Source: Alphaproteobacteria bacterium
GTDB lineage: Bacteria > Pseudomonadota > Alphaproteobacteria > UBA828
Direction of reading: 5' to 3'
Assembly (NCBI GenBank): GCA_965237415.1
Contig: CBDEFM010000002.1
Location: 992,001 to 1,056,000 of the forward strand
Length of the DNA: 64,000 nucleotides
The notes under the pieces were generated by a model. It did not search any database and was not told the origin of the DNA. It was given only the letters and a program-made list of their open reading frames with translations. A program made the position numbers and the translations under genes. Shown here in pieces: positions 60,227-64,000 of this stretch. The stretch's first letter is position 1. Each line of letters opens with the position of its first letter.

Positions 60227-61180
60227 ATGGGGCAGGAGACTCCGCAGGCACCATCGCAGCCAGGCGGGTCCGCGCGCACGGGCCAGGCGCACGCGCACGC
60301 GCTCGCCTTCCTGATAATCGTCATCATTTCCACGTCCTTTCCCCTGGGCGAGCACATCACCCACGGCCTCGACCCGGCGGTGTTGATGTGCATCCGCTTC
60401 GTGCTCGCCGCGCTGCTCATGGCGCCCATCGTGGCCTGGCGCGAAGGGCTGGAGCTGCCGCCGGCCCGCGCGTGCGTGCGCTATCTCGCGCTCGGCGCGC
60501 CGCTGGCCTTCTTCTTCTGGTGCATGTTCGAGGCGCTGCGGTACACCAGCGGCCTCAACACCAGCGCGATCTTCACCATCGTGCCTGGCCTCTCCGCGCT
60601 GTTCGGCGCGGTGCTGGTGGGCGAGCGGCTCGGCCTCCATCGCCTGGCCGCCCTCGTCCTCGGCATGATCGGCGCGGTCTGGATCATCTTCCGGGGCGAT
60701 CCCGCGCGCCTCTTCAATCTCGAAGTCAACATCGGCGACGGGATCTTCCTCGCCGGCTGTCTCGGCTACGCCGTCTACGGCTCGCTCATCAAACGCCTGC
60801 ACCGGGGCGAGCCGATCCTGGTGCAAACCTTCTGGACGCTGGTGGCGGCAGGGCTGTGGCTGCTGGCGGCGAGCAACGTCAAGCTCTGGCGTACCGATTG
60901 GTCGGAGGTCGAGGCGGTGGTGCTGGGCGGCATCGTCTATCTCGCGGTCCTGCCGACCTTCGTCTCCTTCTTCCTCACCCAGTACACAACGCTCCGCATC
61001 GGCCCGACGCGGGTGCAGGCCTACGGCTACGCGCTGCCGGCGATCGTGCTGCTGCTCGACCTCGCCTTGGGCAAGGCCGCGCCGCCGCTGATGACCGTGC
61101 CCGGCCTCGCCATCGTGCTGCTCGCGAGCCTGGTGGTTCAGCTCGGCGCGATCCGCGAGTTCCGCCCCGAATCGACTTAG
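60227..61180 (+). CDS. DMT/EamA family transporter
   Basis: About 10 TM segments in two repeats; 'RFVLAAL', 'ALRYTS', 'LVGERL'. Confidence 0.85.
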   Translation: MGQETPQAPSQPGGSARTGQAHAHALAFLIIVIISTSFPLGEHITHGLDPAVLMCIRFVLAALLMAPIVAWREGLELPPARACVRYLALGAPLAFFFWCMFEALRYTSGLNTSAIFTIVPGLSALFGAVLVGERLGLHRLAALVLGMIGAVWIIFRGDPARLFNLEVNIGDGIFLAGCLGYAVYGSLIKRLHRGEPILVQTFWTLVAAGLWLLAASNVKLWRTDWSEVEAVVLGGIVYLAVLPTFVSFFLTQYTTLRIGPTRVQAYGYALPAIVLLLDLALGKAAPPLMTVPGLAIVLLASLVVQLGAIREFRPEST

Positions 61181-61641
61181 GGCGTGCGAAGCCGGTCGAG
61201 CGCGCCCTGCAGGATGTAGGCCGCGGCCACCCGATCGACGACCCGCGCCCGTTTGCGGCGCGAAAGATCGGCGTCGAGCAAGGGGCGTTCGGCCGCGACG
61301 GTGGACAAGCGCTCGTCCCAGAAGGCGACAGGCAGCGCCAGCGCCTCCGCCAGCCGCGCCGCTATGTCGCGTGTGGACTGCGCGCGCGGCCCCTCGCTCC
61401 CATCCATGTTGACCGGGAGCCCGACCACGATGCCGCCGATCCCTTCCACCGCGATCATCGCGCGCAGGGCCTCGATGTCGCGCGTGAGCTTGGTGCGCCG
61501 GAGCGTCGTGCGCGCCGTCGCGATCGTGCGGGTCACGTCGGAGACCGCGACACCCATGGTCTTGGCGCCGAGATCGAGCCCCATCAGGCGCGCGTCCGGC
61601 CCCAGCAGGCCGTTCATCTCGATCAGATCGCAGATCGCCAT
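61177..61641 (-). CDS. ruvX: YqgF/RuvX family nuclease
   Basis: 'GLDLGAKTMGVAVSD', 'VVGLPVNMDGSEG', 'WDERLST', 'DRVAAAYILQGALD'. Confidence 0.93.
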   Translation of the reverse strand: MAICDLIEMNGLLGPDARLMGLDLGAKTMGVAVSDVTRTIATARTTLRRTKLTRDIEALRAMIAVEGIGGIVVGLPVNMDGSEGPRAQSTRDIAARLAEALALPVAFWDERLSTVAAERPLLDADLSRRKRARVVDRVAAAYILQGALDRLRTP

Positions 61642-61652
61642 GGCCGCGCGCC

Positions 61653-63125
61653 TTACGCGCCCGGCGTCCCGGCCGCAAGCGCCTGCGCCGTCCGGGCGAT
61701 GCGCGCCCAGGTCCCCTCGACATGCTCGCGGCGGGTCGCGAGAGCGCCGATCGCGAGGCGAAGAACCAGTTGGTCGTCGAGTATTGTGTGGGTGAGATAG
61801 AGCGCGCCCGACCGGTTCAGCCGGTTCATCAGGGTTTCGGTGAACGCATCGCCCGCGCGGTGGCGGAAGCACACGAGGCCGACCGAAACCGGCGCAGCAA
61901 GCTCGAACTCCTCGCTCGCCTCCACCTGTGCCGCAAACCATTCGGCGAGCGCGATGCAGTGCCGGACGTGAGCACGCAAGCCCTCGGCACCGTAGTGGCG
62001 GATGACAAACCAGAGTTTGAGCGCGCGGAAGCGGCGGCCGAGCGGCACCTGCCAGTCGCGGTAGTCGATGACCGCGCCGGAATCCGTCGTACGGTTGCGC
62101 AGATACTCGGGCAGGACGCTCAGCGCCTCGATCAGCGCGGCGCGGTCGGCAACCCAGAAGCAGCTGCAATCGAAGTTGGTGAGCAGCCACTTGTGCGGGT
62201 TGAAGGTGTAGCTGTCCGCCAGCTCCAACCCGTCGATGAGGCCCCGGTGCTCGGGGCAGACGGTGGCGCTGCCCGCGTGCGCGGCATCGACGTGAAGCCA
62301 GATGTTCTCGCGCCGGCAGAGCTCGCCGATGGCGCGCAGGGGATCCACGGCGCAGGACGACGTCGTGCCGACGGTGGCGCAGACCATCGCGGGCACGGCC
62401 CCGGCCGCGCGATCCGCGGCGATCGCCGCCTCCAGCGCATCGACGCGCATCGCATACCGCTCGTCGGCATCCACGAGCCGCAGGCTGTCGCGCCCGAGGC
62501 CCGCGATCTTCACCCCCTTCTCGATCGAGGAGTGGGCGTGGCGCGAGGTGTAAACGGTGAGCCGCTGCCCCGAGGCGCCCGTTGGGCCGTGGCCGACGCC
62601 ACCATCATTGGTCGCGCCGCCGCTCGCGCGCTCGCGCGCGGCGAGGAGCGCGGTCAGCGTGCTGCTCGACGCGCTGTCCTGAATGACGCCGCCGCCGGCC
62701 GTGCTCGAGAGGAACCCCTCCGGCAGTCCGAGCAGGTCGACCAGCCAGTCGAGCACATGGGTCTCGAGCTCGGTGCAGGCGGGGCTCGTTGCCCAGAGCA
62801 TGCCCTGCACCCCGAACCCGGAGGAGAGAAGATCGCCGAGGATCGAGGGGCCGGAGGCATTGGCCGGGAAGAAGGCATAGAAGTTGGGGGACTGCCAGTG
62901 CGTGAGGCCGGGAACGATGATCTCGTCGACATCGCGCAGAACGTCCTCGAAGGGCTCGCCCTGCTCGGGCGCAGCCACCGGCAGGCGCGCGCGGACCGAT
63001 CCGGGCTCGGCCTGGCTGAGCACCGGGTAGCGCTCGACCTCTTCCATGTAGCGGGCGATCCGCTCGATGATCGCATGGCCTGAGCGCCGGAACTCGTCCG
63101 GCGTCATGTGCCTGGCATCGTCCAT
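61653..63125 (-). CDS. PLP-dependent aromatic L-amino acid decarboxylase (group II)
   Basis: 'PGLTHWQSPNFYAFFP', 'TSPACTELE', 'HVDAAHAG', PLP lysine 'FNPHKW', 'DWQVPLGRRFRALKLW'. Confidence 0.92.
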   Translation of the reverse strand: MDDARHMTPDEFRRSGHAIIERIARYMEEVERYPVLSQAEPGSVRARLPVAAPEQGEPFEDVLRDVDEIIVPGLTHWQSPNFYAFFPANASGPSILGDLLSSGFGVQGMLWATSPACTELETHVLDWLVDLLGLPEGFLSSTAGGGVIQDSASSSTLTALLAARERASGGATNDGGVGHGPTGASGQRLTVYTSRHAHSSIEKGVKIAGLGRDSLRLVDADERYAMRVDALEAAIAADRAAGAVPAMVCATVGTTSSCAVDPLRAIGELCRRENIWLHVDAAHAGSATVCPEHRGLIDGLELADSYTFNPHKWLLTNFDCSCFWVADRAALIEALSVLPEYLRNRTTDSGAVIDYRDWQVPLGRRFRALKLWFVIRHYGAEGLRAHVRHCIALAEWFAAQVEASEEFELAAPVSVGLVCFRHRAGDAFTETLMNRLNRSGALYLTHTILDDQLVLRLAIGALATRREHVEGTWARIARTAQALAAGTPGA

Positions 63126-63261
63126 GGGTGAGTCCTTCGCGTTGATTGCCGTCAGGGAGGCCCTGCTAAGCGGCAATGATGGCGGCATCCTGGCCATTTG
63201 TGCAGTGCCGCTGGTGTCCCATTCGAGAATTTCCTGCGCATTCGCAAGGTGTCCCCTCCTC

Positions 63262-63345
63262 GTCATGGCCGGGCTTGTCCCGGCCATCCACGCCCCTCCG
63301 TCCCGCCTGGCCGATGGAGATGCCCGGAACGAGTCCGGGCATGAC
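63262..63345. repeat. REP/MITE-like palindromic repeat of the alphaproteobacterial GTCATGGCCGGGCTTGTCCCGGCCATC type
   Basis: GTCATGGCCGGGCTTGTCCCGGCCATCCAC ... GATGCCCGGAACGAGTCCGGGCATGAC: two hairpin arms in inverted orientation, bounded by GTCATG and CATGAC. Confidence 0.8.
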
Positions 63346-63414
63346 GGAGTGAGGGAGTGAGGTCGAAGAGGACTCGTACAGGGTCGAAAGCGTAAGAACT
63401 TCGGAAACGCGGCA

Positions 63415-63678
63415 CTGGCCCCGATTTCTCGCCCCGATTGCGGTTACGTTCCGCCGCCCACTTTGGCCTCACGTTAATTCCTATGCGGGATTTGCCGGGA
63501 TTAAGTGGGATTAAGTGGGATAAGTGGGATTCCGAGGGACGGGCGGTGGCCGGCACAGGCCGCGGCCACTCGACAGAGAAGGGCCCTCTCACCGCAACTG
63601 GCGCGCCCTCTCTACCCTCGCACCGCATCGCGTGACGATGACGCGCTCCCCCCGCGCCGTGCAGGGCACCATGGTCCG
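63415..63678. repeat. Dispersed intergenic element, copy 2, with 5 phased GGGAT cores
   Basis: End motif CTGGCCCCGATTTCTCGCC, TTAAT, GGGAT at 63487/63497/63507/63517/63526, and GCACCATGGTCCG at 63666; colinear with copy 1. Confidence 0.8.
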
Positions 63679-63832
63679 GGTCGTCGCGCGAGCCTGAAAG
63701 GTCTCGCGCGCGCAAGAAGAGTCACGAGCGGAACGCGCGCGGCACACGTAAAGCGGGCCAAGCCCCAGGCATCGGCCCCGCCGCCGTGGCGCCATGCTAT
63801 CGTGCCGGCGGGGGACAGAGGGGAGACATGTC

Positions 63833-64000
63833 ATGCGGTTGAACGGCAAGGTTGCGATCGTCACCGGGGGCTCGCGCGGGATCGGCGCCTGCATCGCGCG
63901 CCGCCTCGCGTCGGAGGGGGCGCAGGTCGCGGTGGTCGCGCACACGGCGCGCGCGAAGGCGGAGGCCGTGGTGCAGGAGATCGTGGACTCAGGCGGCCGC
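63833..64000 (+). CDS. Short-chain dehydrogenase/reductase (SDR), 3'-truncated by the window edge
   Basis: Hand translation gives 'MRLNGKVAIVTGGSRGIGACIARRLASEGAQVAV' (TGxxxGIG motif), with GGAG upstream. Not in the ORF track. Confidence 0.88.
   Translation, partial: MRLNGKVAIVTGGSRGIGACIARRLASEGAQVAVVAHTARAKAEAVVQEIVDSGGR

Noticed and set aside
59183-61723. 846-aa minus-strand ORF and similar long overlapping ORFs (40013-42256, 33567-35426, 53924-55705, 32447-34195)
   Set aside because: They overlap well-supported genes in other frames or strands, have Arg/Gly/Ala-rich composition and show no domains.
63126-63287. N-terminal extension of the decarboxylase ORF to 63287
   Set aside because: The upstream ATG lies inside the REP-like palindrome. 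Family similarity starts at MDDARHMTPDEF, which has AAGGA upstream.

Overview
High-GC alphaproteobacterial chromosome segment. The single-Cys DksA and the dgt-argS-SPOR-nagZ-scpA-scpB operon indicate this lineage; a Rhodospirillales-like, possibly marine or host-associated organism is an inference. About 54 CDSs; no rRNA, tRNA, CRISPR array, integrase or transposase recognised. Left part: Crp/Fnr regulator fragment, SEL1 protein, methyltransferase, dksA, a two-subunit NAD-linked formate dehydrogenase and the argS/nagZ/scpAB operon. That operon is headed by an uncharacterised three-gene MotA/ExbB-type membrane module. The rest (about 17.4-63 kb) is mostly catabolic: orphan phosphonopyruvate decarboxylase, TAXI-TRAP transporter, StcD/HpbA-like flavoprotein, two non-canonical enolase-superfamily enzymes, three ABC importers with Tat-type binding proteins, two Rieske oxygenases, two DddP-like M24 enzymes flanking an orphan MT-A70 methyltransferase, a DMG-dehydrogenase-like protein, a GMC oxidoreductase and an aromatic amino acid decarboxylase. 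The most unusual signals are: (1) a diverged ~250-bp intergenic element present twice, 39 kb apart, carrying helically phased GGGAT(T)AAGT repeats; (2) the MotA/ExbB-like module translationally coupled to dGTPase; (3) a low-GC orphan HEPN-like gene. All family assignments come from motif recognition by eye, with no database searches.
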